A DNA stretch of 64,000 bases from Felis catus (Eukaryota): the NCBI RefSeq assembly GCF_018350175.1, contig NC_058373.1, positions 104,658,001 through 104,722,000 of the forward strand, read 5' to 3'. Of this stretch, positions 12,477 to 25,289 are shown piece after piece. Positions within the stretch are counted from its first letter, which is position 1, and each line of letters begins with the position of its first letter. Made by a program: the position numbers and the translations under genes. The notes under the pieces are model-generated. The model was not told the DNA's origin, ran no database searches, and saw only the letters and a list, made by a program, of their open reading frames with translations.

Positions 12477-12654
12477 GTTTAGATTAACACCAACAGTCAC
12501 AGACACCATTATCTCATGACAATTTGGAATGATACCAAAATTCATTTCACCAATCCAGCCCAACCTCCTAAGACATCAGAATGTAATTAGGGTTATTAAG
12601 TTTTCTTATGCATTTATGAAGTTTACTCCTTGAGTCATCAACACAATGCCTGTT

Positions 12655-12874
12655 TTTTTTAATTTTTTTTTAACGTTTATTTATTTTTGAGACAGAGAGA
12701 GACAGAGCATGAGTGGGGGAGGGGCGGAGAGAGAGGGAGACACAGAATCGGAAGCAGGCTCCAGGCTCTGAGCCATCAGCCCAGAGCCTGACGCGGGGCT
12801 CGAACTCGCGGACCGCGAGATCGTGACCTGAGCTGAAGTCGGACGCTCAGCCGACTGAGACACCCAGGCGCCCC
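12655..12874 (-). mobile_element. CanSINE
   Basis: Full element, TSD AACACAATGCCTGTT (12640-12654 / 12875-12889). Confidence 0.97.
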
Positions 12875-14129
12875 AACACAATGCCTGTTAAAGAGGCTTA
12901 AGCTTTGCCATAAGGTGGTAACAGGAGAAGTAGAAGAGATAGGTCTGCCCTTTATATTGACAACTGGCATCTCATTCCTGTGCAGCAAATCAAATACGTG
13001 GTTCTTATTGCATTTCCTTCCATACGTGAGTGTTGTGCCTGTCTCTTTCATGAGCTGAGACAAACTCTAAAACATTAAAATGCATAAGTAAGATGATGCT
13101 TGTCTAGCTGCGGCCTTGCTAGCCTGCCCACCCCCAAACGGCTCCCTGGCCAGACAGCACTTGCCTAATGACGTGTGAACGCCTCCTGCAGGAGCCTCGA
13201 GACCCCACTCACTACACATTTTTCTTCCCTCACCTCGAATTCCCTCTAAGTATCAACTACATCTCCCAGGAGGCTTGACAAGCAGAGAATAGCAGTGTTC
13301 TCATTCTTTCCGATAATAACTTATTTTTCTTACATTCCTCCTCCCAAGCCCAAACAGCGGAAAAGTGTAGATGGAGGAAAATTTAAGAAGTGAAAAGGAA
13401 AGACAGTGGTGAGGAGTTAACATGTGGTAAAGAAAAAGGTTGTTGGAAAAAGAAGAAAGAGGTGTGCAGGACTACGCCGAAGGTAAAACCTTATCAATAA
13501 AGAAGCAATAGCGAGCCGAGCTGTCAAAAGAGAAGGAAGTAAAAACTTGACAGTGCAGGGAATGCAGGACGTTTTAGTTTTACCGTAACACTGACCTTGT
13601 TCTTTCAAGGCACATCTTATGTTTTGTCTGAAAGGATGGGCCTGGTATTGCACTTCGTGGCCCTGCTCTCCAGGGAGAACCGCAGGGACGGTGGCAGATC
13701 TCTCTTCACAGCTATTAAGCCCCATGCATGTAGAATCTCATTTTCACAAACTCCAGAGTGCGTTGTAATGTCTTTGTTTTACTTCTCGCTAAATGGAGCC
13801 AAATGGCTACACTGCAGAAGAGGCTATTATCTACTGATAATTACTGAGCAAAACCAAATCAAGTACCGAAACTCAGACACCGGCTCGGGATCCACCTCAA
13901 CTAGTCATGCAGAAAATCAGTCTCCCTGCACTCCACATTTCCACCATGCAGAAACCTAGCTCAGGGCCTGCCTGATTTGGGATCCATCACTCCAACACCT
14001 GAACAAAGCGTCTGTTTACCACCTCGAAAGCTGAAAACACGTGATACCATCGGACATTTAGGAGATGTTCGTTTTATTGATGATAAAAAATACGGTAGGG
14101 TTTCCCTACCTATTCATAGACTGGGAAGT

Positions 14130-14225
14130 AGAGCTGGAATCAGGATAAAGCCTTAAGGAAGATGCCTAGAGCACAAAATTTAAGGAGGCACTCACTTTCA
14201 GGATCATGTAAGCACAGAGTCGGCA
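14130..14225. mobile_element. hAT-Tip100 MITE fragment (MER91-like)
   Basis: GCACAAAATTTAAGGAGGCACTCACT motif, shared with the element at 20367-20530. Confidence 0.55.
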
Positions 14226-14229
14226 ATCT

Positions 14230-16560
14230 CTGAGCAATGGGGGATGGGAGTTTGTGGATAAATGCTTCACCCTTCCATCCCTCCAGTGTACAAGCTGAGC
14301 TGCATTCTATAAGCTATGCAGAAGGATATTATGATTGTGCTCCAGTTGCCCAAGCAGTAACCACTTGAAATAAACATTTGCATTTGCTTTTCCCTCCTCC
14401 TCCTCCTGTTTCATCCTTTTGAAATTCTCACTCAAGTTCCATGAAGTCACCCCTCAACTACCATTTCCTAAATGCAAGCCTATACCCCAGGTTCTGCCTT
14501 CTGAGAAAACCCAACCTAAGAGAATTGGTGTAGGATTTGCTATAGGAAGCAGATTTTCGGGACTGGATTTTGGAACTCGTGACTGACCAGGGACCAGGGA
14601 CACTATCTTAACACTCACTTATAGCAAATGGAAATGAGGTATAGGTGAATAGTGAACGATTGGTTTCTGCACTTGAACAGGATAGGGGGAATGAGAATTT
14701 TAAGAATTGGGGGTTAGCCGGCATTCGTTAACTGCAACCATAAGGCATATTGTGTTCAAAATTAGGTTCCAGATTTATTACTAAAGACATAAAGGGGCGC
14801 CTGGGTGGCTCAGTCTGTTGAGGGTCTGACTTCAGCTCAGGTCATGATCTTGTGGCTCGTGGGTTTGAGCTCTGCATTGGGCTTGCTACTGTCAGCACAG
14901 AGCCCACCTCAAATCTTCTGTCCCCCTCTCCCTCTGTCCCTTCCCTACTCTCAATCTCTTGAAAATAAATCAAACATTTAAAAAATTATAAAAAAAATAT
15001 GTAGAACTACAAGAGGTCTTTGATGTGTCTCCTATGTCTAAAGTATACCAGTGGACTTGATAGGATAGGAGTGGGCCCCTGAGACCTGGATGTAGAAAGA
15101 CCTGAGAATCTTGTATCTCTAGAATCCTTCGAATTCTCCCACCCTAGAATAAGCAGCACCCTTTCTCGTTCCAGAGAACAGCCTCCTCTCACCCGGAGAT
15201 CTGCCTCGGGTGAGGCAGGTGCTTCATTAAGGCTTGTTCCCCTCAAGAGCTACTCCGCTTTCTGTTCCTGAAATCTGTATGAAGGTGCACCACAGCCCAG
15301 GGAAGGAATACAGTCCCTGCTGGGGTAGAAAGGAGGATACATGCTCATAGCATTGCAAGCATTGCAGGACCTGATAATGTGTGCAAGTAGGGACCTGGAG
15401 ACTGGAGAATACAGATCTTTGAGGTTCTGGACTAGAAGGCAGAAAATATAGGTGGGATCAGGAAGAACTTCTCCCATGATTTGGGAGCTTGATATTCTGG
15501 CGAGACCACCCAAGACTCGTCCAAAAAGATGCCTCGAGTAGCCTCTTGAAGACTGAGCATGACAATGGCCCACAGTAAATGAGACAGAGGTCATGAACTT
15601 GCCCTAGCACAGTACTGAGTGGGAGTCAGAAGACTCCAAGAGGTAAGAATACTGGAATGAATTTAAGGTTAGAGAACCCCGCACCTGAATTTATACTCCA
15701 GAAAGGCCCAATGGCAGAATGCACAGGTGATACTCCCTGAGAAACTGGTCAGTGGCTGTCCTCTATAAGTTAAAGCTGACAGTACGAATTACTGTTGGGG
15801 AACTGGACTCCTGACTTCATCATCAACATATCATGGCGTTGATGGTATGTGGAGATGGCAGAGGCCAAATGGTGGCACTTCATCATCAGAGACAGGGTGG
15901 AAATAATTACGTTCATGGCATGGAGTCTGGAGTGGAAGTCAGGGGGCTTCATCCTCAATAACTGAAATACACGGCTGTGAAACCAACAGGTGGAAGTAGG
16001 ATTGGGCCCTGTCCCCATTCCTCTCAGTGGCCCCCTTGCCGAACGTGTGTTTCTTTTCTCTACAACCTTAGCAGCATTTGCTTGTGGACCAGATGTCCAG
16101 GAGGTTCGCGGAGAAGTGGAAACTTCTACCAGAGGACACAGTGTGAACCTGAAGCTATAATTTCAGTTTATCATATGGGCTTCTCATTCCAGTAGACTAG
16201 TAGCCAAAGAAAGGATCACTTGGTCACAGTGGGAGTTACTGACCCTGACTGCAAAAAATGAAGACCTAGGATTGCCGCTATATAATAAGAGCAGAAAAGA
16301 GAGTGTCTAGAAACTAGAGAATGCACAGGGATATTTCATGTGCCCTGCAATCATATTAATCGGAAATCTCGGCAACCATGATCCAACGGGTGTTAAAAAT
16401 AAAAATAGACAAGGGCTCAGACCTCAAAGGGATGAAGATCTGCATCACTGACCAGGCAAGCAACTAAGACATGCTGAAATAATGTCTAAGCATGAATGAA
16501 TTCTAGAATGGTTACAGAAGAGTGTGACGATGAATATTAATTCTAACTTCAAGAACAATT
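14230..16560 (+). mobile_element. Decayed ERVL-class remnant: LTR16-like LTR 3' part (to ~14523) plus internal sequence
   Basis: LTR end CAGGTTCTGCCTTCTGAGAAAACCCAACCTAAGAGA followed directly by PBS-like TTGGTG and degenerate internal sequence; no intact ORF; 3' boundary uncertain. Confidence 0.6.
14794..14998 (+). mobile_element. Older CanSINE inserted in the ERVL remnant
   Basis: GGGGCGCCTGGGTGGCTCAG head, CpG-decayed body, A-rich tail. Confidence 0.9.
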
Positions 16561-16674
16561 GCAAAGTGAAGACTGTAGTTTGTTCCAATAACCCTGCTGT
16601 CTTACACCTTTCATAGGATTGCAGCAATTTTGCTGATAACCTGATACCATTTTTACCAAAAACCAATGGCAAGC

Positions 16675-17930
16675 ATCACACTGAATGGTAAAACTCTAGA
16701 AATACAGTATTTCCTTTAAATTCAGTGTCAGGACGAGGATCCAGGCTGAGAATTCTAGTTAATACCCTGCAGACATCCTAACCAATATATTAAATCAAGA
16801 AAAAATTGAGAGATCTAAGAATTGGAATGGAAGAAATAAAATTGTCCTTTATTGTACACGATGTGATTGTCAGTATAGAAAATCAAAGACAATCTGTGAA
16901 TAAATTACTAACACTGATAAAAAGATTGGCCAACTTGTGAAACACAAAATCCACATTCTAAAATCAGTAACATTCCTTTGAACCCATAATATTGGATTAG
17001 AAGGTAAAGTGTAAAGATATCACTCACAGTGAAGGATGTAAAGATATGTGATGTGGAGAAAATTACAAAAACTTTATGAGAAAACCTAAAATACATGAAT
17101 AAACAAAAAGATAACATTTGAGGATGAGGAGAATCTCCCAATTAATCCACAAGTCAAATGTAATTCTGGCAGAAATGTCAACAAAGTTATTCATGAAATT
17201 TGATAAGTTGATTCCATAATTTACATGGAAAAGCAAAAAGCTAACAAGGGCATAGACAATTTTGAACAACAAGATAGGAGAACCAATCCTTCCAAATAAC
17301 AGTGCTTCTTATAAACATGCACTAATTGAGACTATGTGGTATGGGTAAGGAGATTAGCAAACTGTGGAACGGAAGAGCGAGCTCAGAAATAGACCCAGGC
17401 TGGGCTCCGGGGTGGCTCAGTCAGTTGAGCATCTGACTTCAGTTCAGGTCATGATCTCACGGTCCTTAAGTCCGACCCCCACATCAGGCTCTGTGCTGAC
17501 AGCTCAGAGCCTGGAGCCTGCTTCAGATTCTGTGTCTCCCTCCCTCTCTGCCTCTCCCCCACTCGTTCATTCTCTCTCTCCCACCCCCCACTCTCTCTCT
17601 CTCAAAAATAAACATTAAAATATTTTAATTTAGAAACAGATCCAGGCCTATGTGAAAACCTGATCACTAGGAGGGGTGAAAACTGCTAATAATTGGTAGA
17701 ATACATAGATGAATAGTTGAATCCTGGGAAACTGGTTATCCATGTGGGAAAAATAGTAAGTTTGAATTCCTATATCATATTATAAACAAAATTAATTCCA
17801 GGTATACTGAAAACCTATATATGATAAAATGTAAAATTTTTAGAAGAAATGTAGAATTTTTATGATCTTGTTCCTAGGAAAAGATTTCTGGAAAAAAAAA
17901 TCACACACACACACACATCATAAAAGGCAA
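16675..17930 (+). mobile_element. Old degenerate L1 ORF2 fragment
   Basis: ATTGGAATGGAAGAAATAAAATTGTCC...GATGTGATTGTC..TATAGAAAATC is colinear with the L1 RT region at 60290-60355. Confidence 0.75.
17402..17631 (+). mobile_element. CanSINE inside old L1
   Basis: Diverged TSD AGAAATAGACCCAGGC / AGAAACAGATCCAGGC. Confidence 0.92.
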
Positions 17931-19799
17931 AGAGATCAGCACAATGTTTAGCCTACAATGTAGACATCTTTCAGTATATGCTATTATTAATTGATTACAT
18001 ACATCTTCACTTTATTGGTGCCACTTTGTTCTAAGTAAATTAAGAAAATCAAGAGGAGGTTGAAAAGTTTTTAGGGTAGTAGTTAAAGGCAAAATTTGAT
18101 ACTAGGTTAGAGGAAAATGGCATACCTTATAGGATTTGGAATTCTTCACAGCACAGAAAGGAAGCAATGAGGGAGACAAATGATAAGCCAACACAAGGTA
18201 TGTTTCTCACTAATAATCAGAGGCGACAATAACTACAGATATCTCAGTAATTAATGGGTTTTTTTGGAACTTCAATTAATTGTTCTCTTCAGAGTATCTG
18301 TAACACAGAAACCTAAATTACTTCATATGTTTTCCATTTTGAAAGTATTTGCCAAGTGAGTATGAATAGAAAGGAGGAAAAACTTCTCTTTTGGTAACAA
18401 AACTTTTTGAGTTTTCGATTATGAAATGAGTAAGCCTCTGAGAATGGTTATTTTGAGTGTCAGACCTCATGATGAGGCACTGGATTCTACAAGGATCATC
18501 ATTCTCAGAAATTTAAATTGACTGAAGCAGTAAGAATACTTGGCAAAATGTAAATCTAGAGTAGAGGAAGGACTGAGATTTTTAATCATACAGCTAACAC
18601 CTTGGAAACATGTGTTAACAAAAAGGGAAAGCTTGCAATCCGATAAATTTTATAAAACATCTTATTCTTTAATGTGACATAATTTTTCAGCTTGATTTAC
18701 TACATGAGTTACTAGTCCTATTCCATTTTTCATAGACTTCCTATTTCATACTTTTAAGACTGAATTCACTCAACGATTGCCATTGTGGCCTGATCTCTCA
18801 TATACCTAGTTTGCTCCTTATGATAACAAGTCAAAGGCTAAAACAATGTTATTTCAACCACGATTTCAAAGTCAAACACGCAGCTTCGTCCTAGGCTTTC
18901 AGATTTTTGTGACAGCACACCAAATGATACTAGAATCCAGACTATAAAATTGGGTTCTTCTGGCAGGGATTACAATTTAGTGCAGAAATTCACTTTACGG
19001 CCCAGTCTACCGCCAGACAAAAGCAAATTTTAAATAACCAATAGGTTTCTAGTGGCAAAATGAAGGATGTGTTCATGCACCATATTAACCACAACGGCAG
19101 GTAATAGCAGCATTTTGCAAAACTAAACCAAGACATTCCCGGAGAGACAAACTTGGCAGGGAAGTTCACTTATGAACTTGTCCATTCAAGTACAGTTTAT
19201 CTGTGGACAACCACCAGCATCTCAAATATTATCAGTTCTTTGTCTCCCACCATGGTTGGGGAATCCTGGTTAAATCAAATAATTGGGTCAAATACAATAT
19301 TAGAAAAATAAATTTTCAGAAATGGGCTTCCGGCGAGCCTAAAGCCAGGCTCCGTTCTCAGTAGCAGGGATGCCTGGGAAATTGTCCTCTATTTCACCTG
19401 GTGCTGAAATTATCGCTGAGAAACAGCATGTCCTCAGCAAAAATTTTGTTGTTGTTGCCATGTTATAGAAGAATGATTTATTAGAACACATTCCATGGCA
19501 AATCATCTAAAATAACCATTTTCTGAAAGACATCCATGAGACCCCCTGAGGTACCTACAGAGGTACCTCTGAGAAGCCAGACAAATAAGTTCCCAATCCC
19601 AAGTTGAAGACCAGAGTGGAGAGGAACCCAAACTTGTGAATAAAAAAAAAATACAAACTGTACAGTGACCACCAATGGGGGATGTGGATGGAGAAGGGCA
19701 TACTGAATGAAAGAGAAAGGCCACTGCTTGTTTCTAGGGGACAAGCTATAGGCAACAGTGTGGCACATGCATGGTGGGCACTGGGCCAGGACAGAGCAG

Positions 19800-20282
19800 G
19801 CTTGCAGGGGCCCAGTGGGGTCTTAAAAATAACGTTTCACAGAGGTGTGAATCTCTTCCCCTGATGTCCCAGCCCACCAGTGCCACATGACAGCCCCAAG
19901 TGGCTACAAGTGTTGCTGGCCTAATGGATGGGCTGGGGGAGGGGAAAGAAACCGAAGGAGGAGCCCTGGAGTGATCAAGGCACAGGTATTACATGCATGG
20001 CGTGGGTGAAACCAGAGCCAGGGCACCACAAGGTCAGCCCAATGACCACATCTTCCTTCTTGAAGAAGCCTCGGGCCTTGCCAACATTCCTGGTCAAGAC
20101 ATTCACCCAGAGGTCCACATCCTCAGCCCAGGCCTCCCACACTGGGTCTTTACGCACCACAGAGAAGACGCACTCTACAGGTGGGCCTAGCAAGCTGCCT
20201 GGTGATTTGGGGTCACAGCAATGATGATGACCTAGTGATAGTATCTGGCTGCCTGGTTTACAGACTGGCCAGACTCCATCAA
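19800..20282 (-). pseudogene. PKM: Processed (retro) pseudogene fragment of pyruvate kinase M: last ~100 codons plus proximal 3' UTR
   Basis: Translation KDPVWEAWAEDVDLWVNVLTRNVGKARGFFKKEDVVIGLTLWCPGSGFTHAMHVIPVP* matches the PKM C-terminus KDPVQEAWAEDVDLRVN.AMNVGKARGFFKKGDVVIVLTGWRPGSGFTNTMRVVPVP*; upstream frame reads ESGQSVNQAARYYH*VIIIAVTPNHQAAC*AHL* (PKM ESGRSAHQVARYRPRAPIIAVTRNHQTARQAHLY); stop TGA at 19977-19975; 3' UTR motif CCCCCAGCCCATCCATTAGGCCAGCAAC; three in-frame stops and one frameshift; no introns. Left boundary approximate. Confidence 0.95.
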
Positions 20283-20366
20283 GGTTGTTCTGCATCAGTT
20301 ACCGATGTGGACCTTGTGAGGAGGCCCACATACAGGAAATCCAGAACAGTTGAGAGAGACGGGGGC

Positions 20367-20530
20367 CAGGCCCTGGACTAGGGTAAGGGAAGTTACCTCC
20401 CCCTGTGCAAATCTAAGGAGGTGTTCACACTTAGGCACCGACTGGACCTTCTGCACACTCCCGAGAGCGAGAGCCTCTTTAAATTTTGTGCCCTGGTCAT
20501 TTCATTCTCCTCACCCTAGTCCTAGCCCCG
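20367..20530. mobile_element. Palindromic hAT-Tip100 MITE (MER91A-like)
   Basis: TIRs CAGGCCCTGGACTAGGGTAAGG ... CCTCACCCTAGTCCTAGCCCCG plus internal inverted arms. Confidence 0.7.
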
Positions 20531-21095
20531 GCCAAGAAGATGTTGACAAAGAAGAAAACAAAACCCGAGTGTGGACACTGAGACATCCTCAGGCCGTTCT
20601 GATGCTTCTCTAACCACTGAAGTCCTCGTGGAAACTTGGGGATCTGGAAAGCTTGCATCTCTGTCTGGGAGCAGGTTGCATGGTCTGATTTGTACGGTTA
20701 CCTGCCTAGAGGTAAATTTCTGTCTCCTCTGCAATTAAATAATTTTTACATCCTTTAACTGTGTCTCTTGGCACTTTTCCAACAATAGCATCACTGTCAT
20801 GTGGTATCACCTATGCAACACTTAACACTAAAGTAAGATTCAAAATCAAAGTAGAGAAAATCAGGGTCAGCATTATGAACATCGGTGATCATACTGCAGG
20901 TGTTAAGGAGTTAGCAGATAATAGCAGACCTGTGGGAAGAAGGCTAGGCAAACTAGGTTATTCTCTACATTCACTTAAAATTTCTGTTTATTAGCTATTT
21001 GACAGTTTCTTAAGTTTTCTCTCTCTTTTTGTTGCCTCTTGTAAGATAAAAAAAAATCAACATGTTACTGGCTTTAAATAAAAATTGGTAATTCA

Positions 21096-21309
21096 GGGGC
21101 GCCTGGGTGGCTCAGTCAGTTAAGCAGCCGACTTCGGCTCAGGTCATGATCTCGCGGTCAGTGAGTTCAAGCTCCGCGTCAGGCTCTGTGCTGACAGCTC
21201 AGAGCCTGGAGCCTGTTTCAGATTCTGTGTCTCCCTCTCTCTGACTCTCCCCCTTTCATGCTCTGTCTCTCTCTGTCTCAAAAATAAATAAACGTTAAAA
21301 AAATTTTTT
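21096..21309 (+). mobile_element. CanSINE
   Basis: TSD AAAAATTGGTAATTCA (21080-21095 / 21310-21325). Confidence 0.97.
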
Positions 21310-21429
21310 AAAAATTGGTAATTCAAATACTGACAAAGAAACGTATTTGTTTCTGTGCAAAGGGCAGTGGGCTTTCTGCCTAAGGACAACTGACTTGAGT
21401 GTCCAAGGGATCTCCTAGAGCTCTAATTA

Positions 21430-21935
21430 TCGATTGCTAATTATCTATTACAACGACCTACCTTAAAATTCTGTGGCTCAAAACAGTAAACATGTTACTA
21501 AATCTTTTGATTTGGGGGGTTAGAAATTCTGCCCCACAAACATCAAATGGGGCCATTCAATGATATGCTGCTGGGCTGGTCTGAAGGCTGTAAGACAGTT
21601 TCATTCACACGCCCAGAAGGCTGGGCTCTGCCGGGCTCGTGTTGTCCTCCATGCAATCTCAGGGTCTCTCCACGTAATTTCTCCACCACGGTAGCCAGGC
21701 CTCTTATGTGGTGTCTCGGGCTCCAAAAGCTAGCATTCCAAGAGACAGGAAGTAGAAGGTGCCAATCTCTTAAGGCCAGGACTGGAAACGGGCCCAACAT
21801 CTTTCTTACCCTTGTGCTGTATTCTGTCGATGTAGCCACAGAGCCCATATAGTTCCAAGGGAAGGGTAACAGACCCCACCTCTTGACGGGAGGAGTATGA
21901 GAGAGTCTTTGGTCATCTTCATTCCACTGCTTCTG
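21430..21935 (-). mobile_element. MaLR (MLT1-type) LTR
   Basis: CCTTAAAATTCTGTGGCTCAAAACA...GGAAGTAGAAGGTGCCAATCTCTTAAGGCC...AGACCCCACCTCTTGACGGGAGGAGT. Confidence 0.7.
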
Positions 21936-22249
21936 ACTATCTTTCATCTAGGTAGGGCATTTCACTGCACCCTAGAGCAGTGCCAGAGATGCCCAGCCCC
22001 TGTGGGGCACATTTCACGTTCTCTTTTTGGTTTGAGTGTATCCATAATTACTCCTCAACTCCATGAAAGCAGAGAGGGAAGACTGGACCAATTGCTAGGA
22101 GAATCAGAGAAGCTATACCCTGGGTTACCCGAGTAGAGTCAGCAAAACACCTAGAACTCAGTGAAGCCTTATGTGAGATGGAGTTAAGAACATCAAGGCC
22201 GCTCGATGTGGTTTCACCACCAAGGCCTCTGACCAAGGCACCAAGTCCT

Positions 22250-23547
22250 ATGGCCACATTACTGTCGTTATCTTCCTCGACTTCTGAGTAGGACTGGACA
22301 CAGTTCAGCAGTCCCTCATTCTTTCAACATCATTGTCTCTTCGTTCCCATGATAACACATCCCTGATTTTCCTCCTACTTCAAGGTCCATTTTTTTCTCC
22401 ACCACTTTTGCTATCTCCTCCTTCTAAAGTCTCTAAAGTCCGGGGTCCCTCAGGGCTTTGTCCAAGACTTAGTCTCTTCCATATATTCAAGTTCATCTCC
22501 CAAGTGTTCCCATACATCAAAACGCCCGTGTATGGATATTCTCCAAGTTTGAATCTCCACTCTAGACTTCTTTGGTGAACTCCAGGCTCATCATGTTTCT
22601 GGCTGACTATCTTATATTTCCACTTGAATGGAAATAGGCATTTCAAACTTATAATCAAAACAAAGTTCTTTTTAATTCCCTCAAAGCCTATTTCTCCCCA
22701 GTCTTCAATATGAACCCAGTTGCTCAAAGACTTAGGAGTCACCCTTAGTTTATCCCTTTTCCTTCAGCTCCCAGCCCCAAAACCCTCTCTTTTGACCCCC
22801 AAACCTCACTCACCACCACATCTAATCTATCTATCACATTACCTCCAAAACGTGTCCTAAATCCAGCTATTTAGGATTTAGACCATCTCCTGCCTAGTCT
22901 GCCACAAAAACCTTCCAACAAATTTTTCCCTTTCCCCTTTTATCCCTTTACATCATCTCCATTCAGTGGACAGAGCAACTTTAAAATAGAATTAGATCGT
23001 GACACTCTCCCCCCGCCCTTTTAAAACCACTCATGGCCTCACGGAACCTAGAATGCCACCCACACTCCTTACCACACAGCCCCAAGCCCTGCATGATTTG
23101 TCTCCCACTACCTTTCTGGCATGATTTTGTTGGATTCTGCCCCTGGCTCACTACGGTCCAAACTTCCTGGCCTCTTCTTCCCCTCTGCCTGGAACACTCT
23201 TGTTGAAATGCTTCAGCCTCACTCTCTGGCCCCAGCTTAAATGACACCTGTCAGTCTTGGGACCACCTACCCCACTCAAACAACTCTTCGAAAAATCTGT
23301 AATTAGCTCATTTATTATTTGATTGTCTGTATTTCCTTCTCAAAAATCCATCCCATGCTTTCAGGGTTGGTATTGCACAGCATATCTGAACCGTGTCCTG
23401 GGGAAGCAACAGAACTTTAAGCAACACAAAGGCCCTGGAGGATCCTGCCATCTTGGTTTTTGCTATATCCCCAGGGCCTGACACAGTACCTAGTACCTGG
23501 TAGGTGCCGAATTAATATTTTTCAGTGAATGAATGAATGAATGAATG
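22250..23547 (+). mobile_element. L2 LINE 3' portion (fragmented)
   Basis: TCCACTTGAATGGAAATAGGCATTTCAAACTTA, CTTAGGAGTCACCCTT, CCCCAGGGCCTGACACAGTACCTAGTAC and terminal (TGAA)n. Confidence 0.75.
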
Positions 23548-24042
23548 GTTCACTAGTTCATTCATTAGTTCTGGGCCCATCATTTCAAAAGGCTTGGGGG
23601 CTTTGAGCAGCTTGCTGTCTGGCACTACATCTACTCTGCCCTCCTTGAGTATGCATAGACACTGAAAGCATATTATTAAAAGCATGCTAGATAACATTTT
23701 TTCCTATTTTACTTTTAAAAATTGATTTTTATAATCATTTCAAATATTACTTATGTTCAGCATGTAAAAATTATAACTCACAAACATAAAAAATGAAGAA
23801 AATAAAAGTCACTCATTATCCACCTTTCAGATGGGTAACGTCCTCAATATCGCAGCGTTTACTGTTTTGTTTCCTTGCACTTTTTGAAAATTTTCTCTAC
23901 CCTGTAGACATTTTTCAGTATGGAATTTCAGCCGATTTTATGTCACATTTCTTGGGATCAGAGAAAGCAAGAACAATATTCTAACAACTGGCAATACTTT
24001 GAGAAGGCCTGGAGGACCATTTTGATGCTTTCAGATGATCTT

Positions 24043-24274
24043 TTTTTTTTTAATTTTTTTTTTAACGTTTTTATTTTTTTTTATTTTTGAGACAGAGAGA
24101 GACAGAGCATGAACGGGGGAGGGGCAGAGAGAGAGGGAGACACAGAATCGGAAGCAGGCTCCAGGCTCTGAGCCATCAGCCCAGAGCCCGACGTGGGGCT
24201 CGAACTCATGGACCGTGAGATCGTGACCTGACCTGAAGTCGGACGCTTAACCGACTGAGCCACCCAGGCGCCCC
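24043..24274 (-). mobile_element. CanSINE
   Basis: TSD GCTTTCAGATGATCTT (24027-24042 / 24275-24290). Confidence 0.97.
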
Positions 24275-24598
24275 GCTTTCAGATGATCTTAACTAGACTA
24301 CTAGAATAAATTATCTCACTTAAAAGATTTGTAAACAGTTAATCAACAAAACATTACCCTTAAAATCGAGCATGCTGTTTGTATGTATCACAGAAGTTTG
24401 GTAACTAGGTCAGAAGCCTGAATGACTAAAGGTAAAAATTAGCACACACATATTCATTCACTCAATGTTCCATCAACAAATGTTTACTGAACATCCACAG
24501 TGTCGGGCAATGTTTCAGACCCTGGCAACAAGGCAGTGATCAAAATCTCTATTTCTCAAGAGCTTGGTCCAGCTGGAGGACAATAGAGAGATGGCAGC

Positions 24599-24665
24599 TA
24601 GATGTTAGATAGATGATTGATTGATTGATAGATAGATAGATAGACAGACAGACAGATAGAGATGG
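24599..24665. repeat. Compound (GATT)n(GATA)n(GACA)n microsatellite
   Basis: Direct reading. Confidence 0.9.
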
Positions 24666-25072
24666 ATAACATGTAATATGTTTGATGATCGAAAGTGCTT
24701 TGGAGAAAAACATGGCAAGGAAGGATGATAGAGGGGTTGCCATTTTAATTAGTAATTGGGGTTACCTGAAAAGGCCTCACTGAGATCTGAAAGAGGGGAA
24801 GGAGCCAGGCATAGGAACACCTGAGGGAAGAGTGTTCCAGGTGAAGGAAACACCCTTGCAAAGGTCCAGAGGTGGGAGAGAGTCTGGTTTATTCCAGAAA
24901 GAGTACAAAGTCAGTGTGGCTGGAGTTGAGTGACCAAGGGAGAAAGCAGTAGAAGATACGGTCACGGCAGTGCCATATTATTCAGAGCCTTCAAGGTCCT
25001 GTAACGAATTACGGCTTTTGCTCTGGAACAGAAAGCCACTGGAGCGACCTGGGACTTAAGAACGGTATGATC

Positions 25073-25289
25073 GGGGCGCCTGGGTGGCTTGGTCGGTTAA
25101 GCGTCCGACTTCGGCCCAGGTCATGATATCACCGTCCGTGAGTTCGAGCCCCGCGTCGGGCTCTGTGCTGACCGCTCAGAGCCTTCAGCCTGTTCCAGAT
25201 TCTGTGTCTCCCTCTCTCTCTGCCCCTCCCCTGTTCATGCTCTCTGTCTCAAATATAAATAAACGTTAAAAAAAAAATAAAAAAAAAAA
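25073..25289 (+). mobile_element. CanSINE inside L2
   Basis: TSD AAGAACGGTATGATC / AAGAATGATATGATC (2 mismatches). Confidence 0.95.

Noticed and set aside
19975..20295. 106-aa ORF as a functional PKM-derived peptide
   Set aside because: N-terminal half is out of the PKM frame, conserved residues are substituted, and there is no promoter or splice evidence.
23525..23568. Hairpin at the L2 (TGAA)n tail as a possible L2-derived miRNA
   Set aside because: Stem only ~9-10 bp of low-complexity sequence; the opposing L2 is ~900 bp away.
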